Position numbers and translations under genes: made by a program
Shown: piece by piece, positions 39,264 to 50,877 of the stretch
Layout: each line of letters begins with the position of its first letter
Numbering within the stretch: the stretch's first letter is position 1
The notes under the pieces: model-generated
Databases searched by the model: none
What the model saw: only the letters and a program-made list of their open reading frames with translations
Told to the model about the DNA's origin: nothing
Origin: Bacillota bacterium
GTDB taxonomy: Bacteria; Bacillota; Clostridia; UBA1381; UMGS1253
Length of the DNA: 64,000 nucleotides
Reading direction: 5' to 3'
Assembly: GCA_022706785.1 (NCBI GenBank)
Contig: JAKJBW010000008.1
Span: 19,826-83,825 of the forward strand

Positions 39264-39890
39264 ATGGCTAACGTTGCTTTATATAAAATGAACGGCGATC
39301 AGAACGGGGTTATGGAATTAAACGACGAGATATTTGCCGTGAAAATGAAAAAATCAGTGCTGCACGATGTGGTTGTCAACTATCTGGCAAACCAGCGCCA
39401 GGGCACCCAAAGCGCCAAGACCCGCACCGAAGTGCGCGGCGGCGGTATCAAACCGTGGCGTCAGAAGGGCACAGGCCGTGCAAGACAGGGCAGTATTCGG
39501 TCCCCTCAGTGGAAGGGCGGCGGCGTTGTTTTCGCACCCAAGCCCAGGGATTATTCCTATACCTTAAACAAGAAGCTCAAGAAGCTTGCGCTTAAAATGG
39601 TGCTTTCAGACAAGGTAAACAACGGCAATCTGTATGTTGTGGAAGACATGAAGCTTGACCAGATCAAGACAGCCGGCGTTGTCAAGATGCTTTCGGATCT
39701 GGGCGTGGACAAAAAGGCGCTGATCGTTACCAAAGAAAACGACAGCGTGATGTACAAGTCGACCAGAAACATTGCAGGCGCTTCTGCAAGCTATGTGGGT
39801 TCGCTTAACGTTTATGAGCTTTTAAACCACGATAAGCTGGTGATCGCCAAGGACGCTGTGGAAAAGATACAGGAGGTGTATGCACAATGA
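39264..39890 (+). CDS. rplD: 50S ribosomal protein L4
   Basis: Begins [13 protein letters not shown] and contains [15 protein letters not shown]. The start was trimmed to ATG 39264 after AAGGAGG. Confidence 0.97.
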   Translation: MANVALYKMNGDQNGVMELNDEIFAVKMKKSVLHDVVVNYLANQRQGTQSAKTRTEVRGGGIKPWRQKGTGRARQGSIRSPQWKGGGVVFAPKPRDYSYTLNKKLKKLALKMVLSDKVNNGNLYVVEDMKLDQIKTAGVVKMLSDLGVDKKALIVTKENDSVMYKSTRNIAGASASYVGSLNVYELLNHDKLVIAKDAVEKIQEVYAQ

Positions 39891-40180
39891 CATTCGCTCA
39901 TGATATCATAATACGCCCCATTGTTACGGAAAGCTCAATGGATATGCTGCAAGATAAAAAATATGTGTTTGAAGTGAAAAAGGATGCCAACAAAATACAG
40001 ATTGCAAACGCTATTGAAAGTATTTTCGGCGTTAAGGTAGAAAAGGTAAACACCATGCGTATGCAGGGCAAAATGAAGAGAATGGGCGCGCATATGGGCA
40101 GACGCGCAAGCTGGAAAAAGGCTATCGTTAAGCTGACACCGGCAAGCAAGACCATCGAATTCTTTGACGGCATGGCGTAA
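39887..40180 (+). CDS. rplW: 50S ribosomal protein L23
   Basis: A 97-aa protein containing [11 protein letters not shown]...KYVFEV. Its ATG overlaps the rplD stop. Confidence 0.96.
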   Translation: MTFAHDIIIRPIVTESSMDMLQDKKYVFEVKKDANKIQIANAIESIFGVKVEKVNTMRMQGKMKRMGAHMGRRASWKKAIVKLTPASKTIEFFDGMA

Positions 40181-40221
40181 AACAGGCTACATCAAATAAT
40201 TAGGTAAGGAGTGACACTGGG

Positions 40222-41055
40222 ATGGCGATCAAAAAATATAATCCTACTTCTCCTGCGCGCAGATTCATGACGGTTTCCGCTTTTGATGAAATCACCAAAA
40301 CGGAGCCGGAGCGCTCGCTGTTAGAGCCGCTCAAGAAGAACGCGGGAAGAAACTCAAGCGGTCAGATCACCGTTCGCCACCGTGGGGGCGGTAACCGCAG
40401 GAAATACAGAGTAATAGATTTTAAAAGAGATAAAGATGGAATGAAGGCAACAGTAATCGGTATCGAGTACGATCCGAACAGAAGCGCCAATATCGCGCTT
40501 TTGGAGTATGAAGACGGCGAAAAGAGATATATCCTTGCCCCGTACGGCGTTACAGACGGCGATGTGCTGATTTCCGGTTCGGGCTCAGACATTAAGCCGG
40601 GCAACTCCATGCAGATCCGCGATATCCCCGTCGGTACCATGATCCACAACGTTGAGCTCTGGCCGGGCAAGGGCGGACAGCTGGTGCGTTCGGCAGGCAA
40701 TTCAGCGCAGCTCATGGCGAAGGAAGGCGACTACGCCCAAGTGCGTCTGCCATCCGGCGAAGTGAGAATGATCCGTCTGGAGTGCAGAGCGACCATCGGC
40801 CAGGTAGGCAACATTGATTATGAAAACATCAAGATCGGTAAAGCCGGCAGAAAACGCCACATGGGCTGGAGACCTACGGTCCGCGGAAGCGTCATGAACC
40901 CCAACGACCATCCGCACGGCGGCGGCGAAGGCAAATCGCCTATCGGAAGACCGTCACCCGTTACCCCTTGGGGCAAACCCGCTTTGGGTCTTAAGACCAG
41001 AGCCAAGAAGAACAAGTCAGACAAATTTATTGTCAAGAGAAGAAATCAGAAGTAA
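40222..41055 (+). CDS. rplB: 50S ribosomal protein L2
   Basis: Begins [16 protein letters not shown] and contains [11 protein letters not shown]. Confidence 0.98.
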   Translation: MAIKKYNPTSPARRFMTVSAFDEITKTEPERSLLEPLKKNAGRNSSGQITVRHRGGGNRRKYRVIDFKRDKDGMKATVIGIEYDPNRSANIALLEYEDGEKRYILAPYGVTDGDVLISGSGSDIKPGNSMQIRDIPVGTMIHNVELWPGKGGQLVRSAGNSAQLMAKEGDYAQVRLPSGEVRMIRLECRATIGQVGNIDYENIKIGKAGRKRHMGWRPTVRGSVMNPNDHPHGGGEGKSPIGRPSPVTPWGKPALGLKTRAKKNKSDKFIVKRRNQK

Positions 41056-41105
41056 TTCATAAATCCATATAGAAATTCTTGGATTCACCGGAAGGAGGAA
41101 AAACA

Positions 41106-41378
41106 GTGGGAAGATCGGTAAAAAAAGGCCCTTATGTGGAAGAGCGTCTGATGGGCAGAATTTTAGCCATGAATGCCGGCAACACAAAGAGTGTGGTAAA
41201 AACCTGGTCGCGGGCATCTACAATATTTCCTGAAATGGTTGGTCATACGATTGCCGTTCACGATGGAAGAAAGCATGTTCCGGTATTTATTAACGAGGAT
41301 ATGGTCGGAAATAAGCTCGGTGAATTTGTTCCTACAAGAACATTCAAGGGTCATGCCGGTTCAAAATCTTCAAGATAG
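41106..41378 (+). CDS. rpsS: 30S ribosomal protein S19
   Basis: GTG 41106 follows GGAAGGAGG and gives (M)[10 protein letters not shown], the canonical S19 N-terminus. The ORF-track start at 41079 is an upstream extension. Confidence 0.96.
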   Translation: MGRSVKKGPYVEERLMGRILAMNAGNTKSVVKTWSRASTIFPEMVGHTIAVHDGRKHVPVFINEDMVGNKLGEFVPTRTFKGHAGSKSSR

Positions 41379-41413
41379 CGGTAAGTGTCAATTGATGAAA
41401 GGAGGAAACCTCA

Positions 41414-41749
41414 GTGGAAGCACGCGCAGTGTTAAAATATGCACGCATTTCCAGCCGCAAGGTGAAAATTGTGCTTGATTTGATAAGAAATAAGCCGGTA
41501 GAAGAAGCCATGGCGATTTTGAAGTTTACGCCAAAGGCAGCCTCACCGCTGGTTCAAAAGCTTTTGGCATCAGCTGTTGCCAATGCGCAGAACAACTTTA
41601 ATATGGATACCGACAGGCTTTACGTTTCCGAAACCTTTGCCAATCAGGGCCCTACATTAAAAAGGATTCAGCCCAGAGCGCAGGGCAGGGCATTTCGGAT
41701 CAGAAAGAGAAGCAGTCATATTACAGTCGTGGTAGCAGAGAAAGAATAA
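41414..41749 (+). CDS. rplV: 50S ribosomal protein L22
   Basis: Begins [27 protein letters not shown], with a GTG start after AAAGGAGG. Confidence 0.97.
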   Translation: MEARAVLKYARISSRKVKIVLDLIRNKPVEEAMAILKFTPKAASPLVQKLLASAVANAQNNFNMDTDRLYVSETFANQGPTLKRIQPRAQGRAFRIRKRSSHITVVVAEKE

Positions 41750-41766
41750 AGGAGAGGAGGTTGGTT

Positions 41767-42432
41767 ATGGGACAGAAAGTTAATCCGCACGGTTTGAGAG
41801 TGGGCATTATTAAGGATTGGGATTCCAGATGGTTTGCAAATGACAGCACTTTTGGCGATACTCTGGTTGAGGATCATAAAGTCAGAAAATATCTGAAAAA
41901 GAAGCTGTTCGATGCCGGAATATCCAGAATTGAAATAGAAAGAAAAGCAAACAGGGTTGTTGTCAACATCCATGTGGCTAAGCCGGGCATTGTTATCGGC
42001 AGAGGCGGCAGCGAGATCGAAAAGCTCAAGGCTAGTCTGATGGCGCTGATCGGCAAGGATGTCAATGTCAACATTGTGGAGATCAAAACACCCGATATGG
42101 ATGCGCAGCTGGTCGCGGAGAATATCGCATCGCAGCTTGAGAAGAGAATTTCCTTCAGACGCGCGATGAAGCAGTGCATGGGCCGTTCCATGAAGATGGG
42201 CGCCAAGGGCATCAAGACGAGCTGTTCGGGAAGATTAGGCGGCGCTGAAATCGCCAGAACTGAGCATTATCATGAGGGCACGATCCCTCTTCAAACCTTA
42301 AGAGCCGATATTGACTATGGATTTGCCGAGGCGAGTACCACATACGGCAAAATAGGCGTTAAGGTATGGATATACAAAGGCGAAATTCTTCCGGAAAACA
42401 AGAACACAACCAAGGCGGAAGGAGGCAAATAA
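41767..42432 (+). CDS. rpsC: 30S ribosomal protein S3
   Basis: Begins [14 protein letters not shown], with ATG 41767 after GGAGAGGAGG. Confidence 0.97.
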   Translation: MGQKVNPHGLRVGIIKDWDSRWFANDSTFGDTLVEDHKVRKYLKKKLFDAGISRIEIERKANRVVVNIHVAKPGIVIGRGGSEIEKLKASLMALIGKDVNVNIVEIKTPDMDAQLVAENIASQLEKRISFRRAMKQCMGRSMKMGAKGIKTSCSGRLGGAEIARTEHYHEGTIPLQTLRADIDYGFAEASTTYGKIGVKVWIYKGEILPENKNTTKAEGGK

Positions 42433-42434
42433 CA

Positions 42435-42872
42435 ATGTTATTACCTAAAAGAGTAAAATACAGAAAAGTGATGCGCGGCAGAATGAAGGGAAAAGCAACA
42501 CGCGGCAACGTTGTTACTTACGGGGATTACGGTCTGCAGGCTTTAGAACCCGCATGGATCACATCCAACCAGATTGAGGCTGCCCGTATCGCTATGACCA
42601 GATATATCAAGAGAGGCGGTCAGGTTTGGATTAAAATCTTCCCTGATAAGCCTGTGACGGCAAAGCCCGCTGAAACGCGTATGGGTAGTGGTAAAGGCTC
42701 GCCTGAATACTGGGTAGCCGTTGTAAAGCCCGGCAGGGTGCTGTTTGAAATTGGCGGAGTATCGGAAGAGGCTGCTCGCGAAGCTATGCGTCTTGCGATG
42801 CACAAATTGCCCATTAAGTGCAAGTTTGTGTCCCGCGCGAAAGAGGAGGCGGCTGCAGATGAAAGTGAATGA
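42435..42872 (+). CDS. rplP: 50S ribosomal protein L16
   Basis: Begins [19 protein letters not shown]. The start was trimmed from the ORF-track 42366 to ATG 42435 after GGAAGGAGG. Confidence 0.97.
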   Translation: MLLPKRVKYRKVMRGRMKGKATRGNVVTYGDYGLQALEPAWITSNQIEAARIAMTRYIKRGGQVWIKIFPDKPVTAKPAETRMGSGKGSPEYWVAVVKPGRVLFEIGGVSEEAAREAMRLAMHKLPIKCKFVSRAKEEAAADESE

Positions 42873-43062
42873 GATCAGAGATTTTACAACAGAGGAACTG
42901 GAGAGCAAATTAAAGGATCTGAAGGTGGAACTTTTCAATCTTAGATTTCAGCATGCAACCAATCAGCTGGATAACCCTTTGAAAATCGCGGATGTGAAGA
43001 AGAGTATTGCCCGGGTTATGACAGTGCTTCGCGAGAGGGAATTGTCCGAGGCGGCAAACTAA
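42859..43062 (+). CDS. rpmC: 50S ribosomal protein L29
   Basis: Begins [31 protein letters not shown]. The internal ATG 42859 follows AAGAGGAGG and overlaps the rplP end. Confidence 0.96.
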   Translation: MKVNEIRDFTTEELESKLKDLKVELFNLRFQHATNQLDNPLKIADVKKSIARVMTVLRERELSEAAN

Positions 43063-43088
43063 AATATTTTTTGACGTGAAAGGAGGAT

Positions 43089-43355
43089 ATGGTTGTGGAA
43101 GAAGCCAGAAATCAGAGAAAAGTCAGAATAGGCAGAGTTGTAAGCGATAAAATGGACAAGACGATTGTCGTAGCCATTCAATATAGCGTCAAGCATCCGC
43201 TTTATGGGAAAATCGTAAAGCGCACCTACAAGCTCAAGGCTCATGATGAAAAGAATGAGTGCGGAATAGGTGATCGCGTAAAGGTTATGGAAACAAGACC
43301 TCTCTCCAAGGAAAAACGCTGGAGACTGGTTGAGATAGTAGAAAAAGCTCAGTAA
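43089..43355 (+). CDS. rpsQ: 30S ribosomal protein S17
   Basis: Contains [19 protein letters not shown]...[13 protein letters not shown]. Confidence 0.97.
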   Translation: MVVEEARNQRKVRIGRVVSDKMDKTIVVAIQYSVKHPLYGKIVKRTYKLKAHDEKNECGIGDRVKVMETRPLSKEKRWRLVEIVEKAQ

Positions 43356-43385
43356 TTTTATTTGACTGGGAAGGAGGAAACAGAC

Positions 43386-43754
43386 GTGATACAGCAGCAA
43401 ACTAAAATGAAGGTTGCCGACAATACAGGTGCAAAGGAAATTATGTGCATTCGTGTGATGGGCGGTTCGGGCAGAAAGTTTGCCAATATAGGTGACGTTG
43501 TGATTGCCAGCGTTAAAAAAGCAACGCCAGGCGGAGTTGTTAAAAAGGGTGACGTTGTAAAGGCTGTTGTCGTCAGAAGCGTGAAGGGCGTAAGACGTTC
43601 CGACGGCACGCACATCAAGTTCGACGAAAATGCGGCAGTAATTATTAGAGACGATAAAAACCCAAGAGGTACGCGTATCTTTGGACCGGTTGCAAGAGAG
43701 CTCAGAGATAAAGAGTACATGAAGATATTATCATTGGCACCTGAAGTGCTTTAA
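43386..43754 (+). CDS. rplN: 50S ribosomal protein L14
   Basis: GTG 43386 after GGAAGGAGG gives (M)[16 protein letters not shown], 122 aa. Confidence 0.97.
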   Translation: MIQQQTKMKVADNTGAKEIMCIRVMGGSGRKFANIGDVVIASVKKATPGGVVKKGDVVKAVVVRSVKGVRRSDGTHIKFDENAAVIIRDDKNPRGTRIFGPVARELRDKEYMKILSLAPEVL

Positions 43755-43769
43755 GGAGGTGGCTCACAG

Positions 43770-44096
43770 ATGAGTAACAAACTTCATATAAGAACCGGCG
43801 ATACTGTCATAGTGCTTTCCGGCAAAGATAAAGGCAAAAAAGGCAAAGTTATTTCGGCTATGCCGTCGGACGGCAAGGTTATCGTTGAGGGTATCTCAAT
43901 GGCATCGCGGCATACCAAGCCCAGAAAGCAGGGTCAGCAGGGCGGAATTCTCAAGCGCGAAACGCCTGTCTATGCCTGCAAGCTTATGGTAGTGTGCGCA
44001 AAGTGCGGTGAGGCCGCGAGAACCGGTAAGAAGGTTTTGGAAAGCGGCGAGAAAATCAGATATTGCAAAAAATGCGGCGAGATGTTAGGAGACTAA
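43770..44096 (+). CDS. rplX: 50S ribosomal protein L24
   Basis: Contains the KOW motif IRTGDTVIVLSGKDKGKKGKV. Confidence 0.96.
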   Translation: MSNKLHIRTGDTVIVLSGKDKGKKGKVISAMPSDGKVIVEGISMASRHTKPRKQGQQGGILKRETPVYACKLMVVCAKCGEAARTGKKVLESGEKIRYCKKCGEMLGD

Positions 44097-44123
44097 CCTG
44101 TTGCCTGAAGGAGGTTTTGATAA

Positions 44124-44669
44124 ATGGCGAGACTGCGCGATTATTATAAAGAGCAGATAGCTCCTGCGCTGATGCAGAAGTTTGGATATAAGAGCGTTAT
44201 GCAGATTCCAAGGCTTGAGAAAATCGTTTTAAATATCGGTGTTGGCGAAGCAAGGGATAACCCCAAGGCGATGGAGTCTGCCGTGGGTGATCTGACACAG
44301 ATCACAGGCCAAAAGCCGGTAATTACCAAGGCCAGAAGATCGGTTGCGAATTTCAAGCTCAGAGAAGGCATGAACATTGGCTGCAAGGTGACCTTAAGAA
44401 ACGAGAAAATGTATGAGTTTTTAGACAGGTTTTTTAATGTGGCTTTGCCCAGAGTGCGTGACTTCCACGGCATCAATCCCAATTCCTTTGACGGACGCGG
44501 AAATTATTCGGTAGGTGTTAGGGAGCAGCTGATATTTCCTGAAATTGATTACGATAAGATCGACAAGATCAGAGGAATGGACGTTATCATCGTTACCACC
44601 GCTAAGACAGATGAGGAAGCCCGCGAGCTTTTGACCTTGATGGGCGCACCCTTTGTGTCAACGAATTAA
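44124..44669 (+). CDS. rplE: 50S ribosomal protein L5
   Basis: Begins [37 protein letters not shown]. Confidence 0.98.
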   Translation: MARLRDYYKEQIAPALMQKFGYKSVMQIPRLEKIVLNIGVGEARDNPKAMESAVGDLTQITGQKPVITKARRSVANFKLREGMNIGCKVTLRNEKMYEFLDRFFNVALPRVRDFHGINPNSFDGRGNYSVGVREQLIFPEIDYDKIDKIRGMDVIIVTTAKTDEEARELLTLMGAPFVSTN

Positions 44670-44680
44670 GGAGGGTAAAC

Positions 44681-44866
44681 ATGGCAAAGAAAGCAATGAA
44701 GCTCAAACAGCAGAGAACTCCGAAGTACAGCACGCAGAGCTACAACCGCTGTAAGATTTGCGGCAGGCCTCACGCTTATCTCAGAAAATTTGGGATTTGC
44801 CGTATTTGTTTCAGGGAGCTGGCATACAAGGGTCAGATTCCCGGCGTTAAAAAGGCCAGCTGGTAA
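44681..44866 (+). CDS. rpsN: 30S ribosomal protein S14, type Z (zinc-binding, 61 aa)
   Basis: Contains [21 protein letters not shown], with two CxxC pairs. Confidence 0.97.
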   Translation: MAKKAMKLKQQRTPKYSTQSYNRCKICGRPHAYLRKFGICRICFRELAYKGQIPGVKKASW

Positions 44867-44934
44867 ATTTGGATATATAGCGGGCATGATGCCCGGGCTG
44901 TAAGACAAGCAGGATTTTGGAAGGAGGTAAAATA

Positions 44935-45333
44935 ATGCAAATTACGGATCCTATTGCAGATTTGCTGACCAGAATCAGGAATGCAAGTGCTGCTAAACAT
45001 GAAACTGTTGATATCCCCGCTTCCAACATGAAAAAGGCGATTGTGTCAATTTTATTGGATGAAGGTTATATTAAGGGCTTTCAGGTAATTGATGATAGTA
45101 AGCAGGGTGTTATCAGAGTCACCTTGAAATATGGTGTAAACAAGTCGAAGGTTATCATCGGCTTAAAGCGGGTATCAAGGCCCGGCCTTCGCATTTACGC
45201 CGGCGCGGACGAACTGCCCAGGGTATTAAAAGGGCTGGGCGTGGCAATAATCTCCACATCGAAGGGGATTATGACCGATAAAAAGGCCCGTGCGGAAAAG
45301 ATCGGCGGAGAAGTACTGGCATTTATCTGGTAG
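44935..45333 (+). CDS. rpsH: 30S ribosomal protein S8
   Basis: Begins [17 protein letters not shown], with ATG 44935 after GGAAGGAGG. Confidence 0.97.
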   Translation: MQITDPIADLLTRIRNASAAKHETVDIPASNMKKAIVSILLDEGYIKGFQVIDDSKQGVIRVTLKYGVNKSKVIIGLKRVSRPGLRIYAGADELPRVLKGLGVAIISTSKGIMTDKKARAEKIGGEVLAFIW

Positions 45334-45372
45334 TTTTAATATGCCGAATCGTATTAATTAGGAGGTGCAACG

Positions 45373-45918
45373 ATGTCTAGAATTGGCAGAAGCCCTATCG
45401 CGCTGCCTTCGGGAGTGGATTTTAAGATAGAGGCTGGAAATGCGGTGACGGTGAAAGGACCCAGGGGGACGCTTTCAAGAACACTGCATAAGGATATGAT
45501 TATAGAGCAGGACGGCAATGTGATATATGTAAAAAGACCTTCTGAGGAAAAAGCACACAAAAGCCTGCACGGACTGACCAGGACATTGGTTAACAATATG
45601 GTAGTCGGTGTTACGGAAGGCTTCAAAAAGGAGCTTGATATCAACGGTGTTGGTTACAGAGCGGCCATGCAGGGCAAAAAGCTTGGGCTTACGCTCGGGT
45701 TTTCCCATCCCGTAGAAGTGGAGCCGCCGCAGGGAATCACTGTTGAGGTTCCCGCGCCCAACAAAATTATTATATCGGGCAGCGACAAGCAGGCCGTCGG
45801 TGAGTTCGCGGCAAACATCAGAAAGATCAGACCGCCGGAACCCTATAAGGGCAAGGGCATCAAATATGCCGAAGAACATATCAGACGTAAGGAAGGCAAG
45901 ACCGGAGCGAAAAAATAA
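45373..45918 (+). CDS. rplF: 50S ribosomal protein L6
   Basis: Begins [19 protein letters not shown]. Confidence 0.97.
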   Translation: MSRIGRSPIALPSGVDFKIEAGNAVTVKGPRGTLSRTLHKDMIIEQDGNVIYVKRPSEEKAHKSLHGLTRTLVNNMVVGVTEGFKKELDINGVGYRAAMQGKKLGLTLGFSHPVEVEPPQGITVEVPAPNKIIISGSDKQAVGEFAANIRKIRPPEPYKGKGIKYAEEHIRRKEGKTGAKK

Positions 45919-45935
45919 GAAAGGAGTGGATTACT

Positions 45936-46298
45936 GTGATAAAAAAGCAGTCTAGCAATACATCAAGGCTTAAGCGCCATTTGCGCATCAGAAAAAACAT
46001 CAAAGGCAGTACGGCTCGTCCCCGTCTGAGTGTTTTTCGCAGCCTGAAAAACATCTATGCTCAGCTTATTGATGATGAAAAAGGTGTAACCTTGGTATCC
46101 GCTTCTAGCTTGGAGGCGGCCTTTGATAAGGGTTATGGCGGCAACAAGGACGCTGCTGCGGAGGTTGGAAAGCTTCTTGCGTCGCGTGCTTTGGAAAAGG
46201 GAATTAAGACTGTCGTTTTTGACAGAAGCGGATATCTTTATCACGGCAGGGTTGCTTCGCTGGCGGACGGTGCCCGCGAAGGCGGCTTAGAGTTTTAA
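45936..46298 (+). CDS. rplR: 50S ribosomal protein L18
   Basis: Contains [26 protein letters not shown] and ends [12 protein letters not shown]. It has a GTG start. Confidence 0.97.
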   Translation: MIKKQSSNTSRLKRHLRIRKNIKGSTARPRLSVFRSLKNIYAQLIDDEKGVTLVSASSLEAAFDKGYGGNKDAAAEVGKLLASRALEKGIKTVVFDRSGYLYHGRVASLADGAREGGLEF

Positions 46299-46314
46299 GA
46301 AAAGGAGGAGAACC

Positions 46315-46818
46315 ATGCAGGAAAGAATAGATGCATCAACGCTTGATATAGAAGAAAAGGTTGTCAATCTAAACCGTGTCGCCAAGGTTGTTAAGGGCGG
46401 CCGTACATTCAGATTCAGCGCCCTGGTTGTTGTGGGCGATAAAAACGGCCATGTCGGTTACGGCACAGGTAAAGCGGCCGAAATTCCGGACGCGATCAGA
46501 AAAGGCATCGAAGATGCGAAAAAGAATATGATTACCGTTCCTATTATTAATGGAAGTATTCCCCACGAGGCCACGGGCATGTTTGGCGCAGGAAAGGTGC
46601 TGTTAAAGCCTGCCGCCGAAGGTACCGGCGTTATTGCGGGAGGTCCCGCCAGAGCGGTATTGGAGCTGTCGGGGATCAAGGATATCAGAACGAAGTCGCT
46701 TCGTTCCAACAATCCCAGAAATGTGGTGCGCGCTACATTCGAAGCACTTGCATCTCTACGCTGCGTCGAGGATGTGGCAAAGCTGCGAGGCAAGGACGTC
46801 GCTGAAATACTCGGTTAA
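46315..46818 (+). CDS. rpsE: 30S ribosomal protein S5
   Basis: Contains [27 protein letters not shown]. Confidence 0.98.
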   Translation: MQERIDASTLDIEEKVVNLNRVAKVVKGGRTFRFSALVVVGDKNGHVGYGTGKAAEIPDAIRKGIEDAKKNMITVPIINGSIPHEATGMFGAGKVLLKPAAEGTGVIAGGPARAVLELSGIKDIRTKSLRSNNPRNVVRATFEALASLRCVEDVAKLRGKDVAEILG

Positions 46819-46831
46819 GGAGGAAAGTGAC

Positions 46832-47026
46832 ATGGCAAAGACAAAAACAAATACGATTAAAATTATGCTTGTGAAAAGCACAATCGGTTGTAAAAAAGAC
46901 CAGATAGCTACCGTACAGGCGCTGGGGCTCAAGAAGATTCGCAGCGTTGTGGAACAGCAGGACAATCCACAGATCAGAGGTATGATCAATAAGGTTTCTC
47001 ATCTGGTAGAGGTTACGCAGGACTAG
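46832..47026 (+). CDS. rpmD: 50S ribosomal protein L30
   Basis: ATG 46832 follows AAGGAGG. The translation begins [35 protein letters not shown]. In the ORF track it is hidden inside a longer ORF (46634-47026) in the same frame. Confidence 0.93.
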   Translation: MAKTKTNTIKIMLVKSTIGCKKDQIATVQALGLKKIRSVVEQQDNPQIRGMINKVSHLVEVTQD

Positions 47027-47059
47027 ATCAATGCTTAAAACAAAAGGAGGTGCGGATCA

Positions 47060-47500
47060 ATGAGACTGGAAGAACTACAGCCTGCACAAGGGTCTAAGTT
47101 TGTGGCAAAGAGAAAGGGCCGCGGACCTGGCTCCGGCAACGGCAAAACGGCGGGAAAAGGTCATAAGGGTCAGAATGCGCGCAGCGGCGGCGGCGTAAGA
47201 CCCGGCTTCGAAGGCGGCCAGATGCCGTTGTACAGGCGTTTGCCAAAACGCGGATTTACAAATATATTTGCAAAAGAGTATGTAGAAGTTAATGTCGAAA
47301 AGCTTGACTTATTTGATTCCGGAACAGAGATCACAGCGGAATTGCTTAAGCAGGCAGGTGTGATCAGCAAAGTGAAGGATGGCGTCAAAGTACTCGGCAG
47401 AGGCGAGGTTACAAAATCATTTACGGTAAAGGCGGCGAAATTTTCGGAATCTGCTGCCGCTAAAATTGCAGCGGCAGGCGGAAAGGCTGAGGTGATTTAA
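47060..47500 (+). CDS. rplO: 50S ribosomal protein L15
   Basis: Begins [38 protein letters not shown]. Confidence 0.97.
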   Translation: MRLEELQPAQGSKFVAKRKGRGPGSGNGKTAGKGHKGQNARSGGGVRPGFEGGQMPLYRRLPKRGFTNIFAKEYVEVNVEKLDLFDSGTEITAELLKQAGVISKVKDGVKVLGRGEVTKSFTVKAAKFSESAAAKIAAAGGKAEVI

Positions 47501-48793
47501 TTGTTTAAAACACTTAGAAATGCCTGGGCGATTCCCGATTTGAGAAGAAAGTTGCTGTTTACGCTTTTTATGCTCATCATTTTCAGATTGGGCAGCGTGA
47601 TTCCTGTGCCGGGTCTGGATCCCGAAGCGATGAAAAAGTTTATGGAAGGCGACGCCGGCATGGGCATGCTCACGCTTTTGGATACCTTCACAGGCGGAGC
47701 GTTTTCCAATGCGACGATTTTTGCTATGGGTATTACGCCATACATTAACGCATCCATTATCATGCAGCTTTTGACGGTCGCCATTCCGGCGCTTGAGCGC
47801 ATGCAGAAGGAAGGCGAAGAGGGAAGAAAGCGGATTAATTCCATAACCAGATACGCGACGGTTGTGCTGTCGCTCATTCAGGCGATTGGTCTGTACTTTA
47901 CCTTGTCGAATCAGTATAATGTTGTGTCAAATCCTGGATTCATGTCATTTTTGGTTGTCGCCCTCACCTTCACTGCAGGTACCGCATTTATCATGTGGGT
48001 GGGTGAGCAGATTACCGAAAAGGGCGTAGGCAACGGTATTTCACTGCTGATTTTTGCGGGTATCGTTTCCAGAGGCCCGGCAATGATTACTACGTTCTAC
48101 AATAAGTTTTTGGGCGTTAACTTAACATTTTCCAATGTTGTCGTCATGCTTGCAATCCTTGTGATTTTTATTGCAGTAATAGGGTTTGTTGTGTATATGA
48201 ACAACTCGGAAAGAAGAATACCTGTGCAGTATGCAAAGAGAGTGGTCGGCAGAAAGATGTATGGTGGCCAGAGCACACATATTCCCATTAAGGTTGCTAT
48301 GGCGGGCGTTATTCCCATCATTTTTGCGGCCAGTATCGTTTCTTTTCCGGCAACTATCGCTCAGTTGATAGGCGGTGGCTTGCCCAAGGAAGGGTTTTGG
48401 GGCGGATTCTTTAATATGTTGTCGAGTGGAAGCTGGCTGTATGCCATACTGTATTTTATACTGATCATATTCTTTACCTATTTCTATACGGCGATGCAGT
48501 TTAACCCGATTGAAATGTCCAACAACATCAAGAAAAACGGCGGTTTTGTGCCGGGTATCCGCCCGGGAAAGCCTACCAGCGATTATATCTCCAGGGTTTT
48601 GAATCGTGTTGTTTTCATCGGTGCGTTGTTCCTGGCGATAATAGCGGTTTTGCCTATGGCGTTTTCAAGCTTTATGTCGGGCATAGCCATCGGCGGCACA
48701 TCCTTGCTGATTGTAGAGGGTGTTGCGCTTGAGACCGTGAAGCAGATCGAATCGCAAATGCTGATGCGCCACTATAAAGGGTTCTTGGAATAG
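47501..48793 (+). CDS. secY: preprotein translocase subunit SecY
   Basis: A 430-aa, 10-TM protein. It begins (M)FKTLRNAWAIPDLRRKLLFTL, with a TTG start abutting the rplO stop. Confidence 0.97.
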   Translation: MFKTLRNAWAIPDLRRKLLFTLFMLIIFRLGSVIPVPGLDPEAMKKFMEGDAGMGMLTLLDTFTGGAFSNATIFAMGITPYINASIIMQLLTVAIPALERMQKEGEEGRKRINSITRYATVVLSLIQAIGLYFTLSNQYNVVSNPGFMSFLVVALTFTAGTAFIMWVGEQITEKGVGNGISLLIFAGIVSRGPAMITTFYNKFLGVNLTFSNVVVMLAILVIFIAVIGFVVYMNNSERRIPVQYAKRVVGRKMYGGQSTHIPIKVAMAGVIPIIFAASIVSFPATIAQLIGGGLPKEGFWGGFFNMLSSGSWLYAILYFILIIFFTYFYTAMQFNPIEMSNNIKKNGGFVPGIRPGKPTSDYISRVLNRVVFIGALFLAIIAVLPMAFSSFMSGIAIGGTSLLIVEGVALETVKQIESQMLMRHYKGFLE

Positions 48794-48828
48794 CAGAGAA
48801 ATTGACATGAGATCAGAGGTGGGTTATT

Positions 48829-49464
48829 TTGAAGGTTGTATTTTTAGGCCCTCCCGGAGCCGGCAAGGGCACTCAGGCGGCTATCATATCCAAAGCGGCC
48901 GGCATACCTACCATTTCTACTGGCATGATCTTGCGCGATGCGATGGCGCAGGGAACAGTCTTGGGAAAAGAAGCTGAAGGGTATGTCAAAAAAGGAGAAC
49001 TCGTACCCGATGATGTTATTATCGGTATTGTGAAGGAGAGGCTCATCCAGCCCGACTGTGAAAAAGGTTATATTCTGGACGGTTTTCCGCGCACGGTTGC
49101 GCAGGCACAGGCGCTTGACGACATGCTTCCGGATGCCCTGGACACCGCGTTTTCCTTTGAGGTTGCGGACAGTGAGATCATGGCGCGCCTGACAGGCCGC
49201 AGGGAATGCGGCGCATGCGGCGCAATTTATCACATCAAGAACGGTCCCTCAGCCAAAGGCAGCGCCTGCGAAAAATGTGACGGCGAGCTCATACAGAGGG
49301 CGGATGATAAAGAGGAAACCATCAGGAATCGTATGGATGTCTACCATAGACAGACCGAGCCCATCAAAGATTATTATAAGCAGCGTGGAAAGCTTGTCTG
49401 TGTTGACGCTTCAGGTGAGCCGGAAAGACTTGCAAAGGAGCTTTTAAAGCGATTGGGCCTATAG
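48829..49464 (+). CDS. adk: adenylate kinase (zinc-lid type)
   Basis: Contains the GPPGAGKGTQ P-loop and CGACGAIYH...CEKCDG lid cysteines. It has a TTG start. Confidence 0.97.
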   Translation: MKVVFLGPPGAGKGTQAAIISKAAGIPTISTGMILRDAMAQGTVLGKEAEGYVKKGELVPDDVIIGIVKERLIQPDCEKGYILDGFPRTVAQAQALDDMLPDALDTAFSFEVADSEIMARLTGRRECGACGAIYHIKNGPSAKGSACEKCDGELIQRADDKEETIRNRMDVYHRQTEPIKDYYKQRGKLVCVDASGEPERLAKELLKRLGL

Positions 49465-49474
49465 GAGGCGGATC

Positions 49475-50218
49475 ATGATTACCATTAAGTCACATCAGGA
49501 GCTTGACTGCATGAGAGAGGCCGGCAGGATCGTTTCGGGCGTATTTGAACAGCTGCGTAAGGCCATAAGGCCAGGCGTAACCACGGGACAGCTTGATAAG
49601 ATTGCCTACGATTTTATTATAAAGCACAATGCGACGCCGTCTTTCCTGGGATATAACGGGTTTCCGAAAAGCATATGCACTTCTGTCAATGATCAGGTTA
49701 TCCACGGCATTCCTGGCGAGGTGTGCCTAATTGACGGTGACATCGTTAGTATTGACATTGGCGCTTGTTACAAAGGCTACCATGGGGACTCGGCAAAAAC
49801 CTTTGGCGTGGGACGCATCAGCGCCGATGCCAAGAAGCTGATTGATGTGACACGCCAGAGCTTTTATGAGGGAATTACACTAGCCAGACCAGGTAACCGC
49901 GTTTCGGATATTTCCTCGGCAATCCAGAAATATGCGGAAGGCAATGGGTTTTCGGTAGTGCGCGACTTCACAGGGCACGGCGTGGGAAGCAGGCTGCATG
50001 AAGATCCGCAGGTGCTAAACTACGGCAGACCCGGTCGCGGCGCAAGGCTGGAGCCCGGCATGACACTGGCGGTTGAACCCATGATAAATACGGGCAGCTA
50101 TCATGTGTATATGGAAGACGACGGCTGGACGGTACGCACGGCTGACGGGGCGCTCTCAGCGCACTATGAACATTCCATTGCCATTACTGAAGGGGAATGT
50201 GAGATCCTGACAAAATAA
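49475..50218 (+). CDS. map: type I methionine aminopeptidase
   Basis: Contains the metal-ligand context DIVSIDIG...HGDSA, FTGHGVG and EPM. Confidence 0.96.
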   Translation: MITIKSHQELDCMREAGRIVSGVFEQLRKAIRPGVTTGQLDKIAYDFIIKHNATPSFLGYNGFPKSICTSVNDQVIHGIPGEVCLIDGDIVSIDIGACYKGYHGDSAKTFGVGRISADAKKLIDVTRQSFYEGITLARPGNRVSDISSAIQKYAEGNGFSVVRDFTGHGVGSRLHEDPQVLNYGRPGRGARLEPGMTLAVEPMINTGSYHVYMEDDGWTVRTADGALSAHYEHSIAITEGECEILTK

Positions 50219-50247
50219 CGGGCGCAATTAATTCAGAGGTGATAGTT

Positions 50248-50523
50248 TTGGAGGTTAGTATAGGCAGCATTGTATTTTCAAAAGCCGGCCGCGACAAGGG
50301 TAATTATTTTGTGATTGTCGCGCTTGACGGTGAGTATGCCTATGTATGTGATGGTGATCTTAGGAAATATGAAAAACCGAAGAAGAAAAAAATTAAGCAT
50401 TTAAAAGTGACCAATACAGTTTGTCAATCTGTTTCGGAAAAGATAGCAGACTGTGGGAGAGTGAGCAATGCCGAACTGCGCAAAGTACTGGCAGAATATT
50501 GCGAGCTTGCTGAGGTGAACTGA
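50248..50523 (+). CDS. KOW-domain RNA-binding protein (L14e-like), conserved between map and infA in Clostridia
   Basis: Contains [22 protein letters not shown] 50248 is well spaced from AGAGGTGA, whereas the ORF-track GTG 50239 lies inside the RBS. Confidence 0.75.
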   Translation: MEVSIGSIVFSKAGRDKGNYFVIVALDGEYAYVCDGDLRKYEKPKKKKIKHLKVTNTVCQSVSEKIADCGRVSNAELRKVLAEYCELAEVN

Positions 50524-50539
50524 AAGGGGGCCTTTATCA

Positions 50540-50758
50540 GTGGCAAAAGACGATATGATTGAAGTGGAGGGCGTTGTGATTGAAGCACTGCCCAACGCGA
50601 TGTTTCAGGTGGAACTGGAAAATGGGCACAGGATACTGGCGCATATTTCAGGAAAACTTCGGATGAATTTTATCCGTATACTTCCCGGCGACAAAGTAAC
50701 GGTGGAGTTGTCCCCGTATGATTTGACGCGCGGCAGGATAACGTGGCGTGCGAAATAA
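50540..50758 (+). CDS. infA: translation initiation factor IF-1
   Basis: Begins (M)[40 protein letters not shown], with a GTG start. Confidence 0.98.
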   Translation: MAKDDMIEVEGVVIEALPNAMFQVELENGHRILAHISGKLRMNFIRILPGDKVTVELSPYDLTRGRITWRAK

Positions 50759-50877
50759 TGGATGGTTCATGTCCGAAAAAGCATGCCGTTTGTCCGGTGT
50801 GCAAACGGGAAGTGTAGATATGTTTTATACACTTTAAGAGGATAAAAGGAAAGCTGTTTATTAAGGAGGTAATCTTT

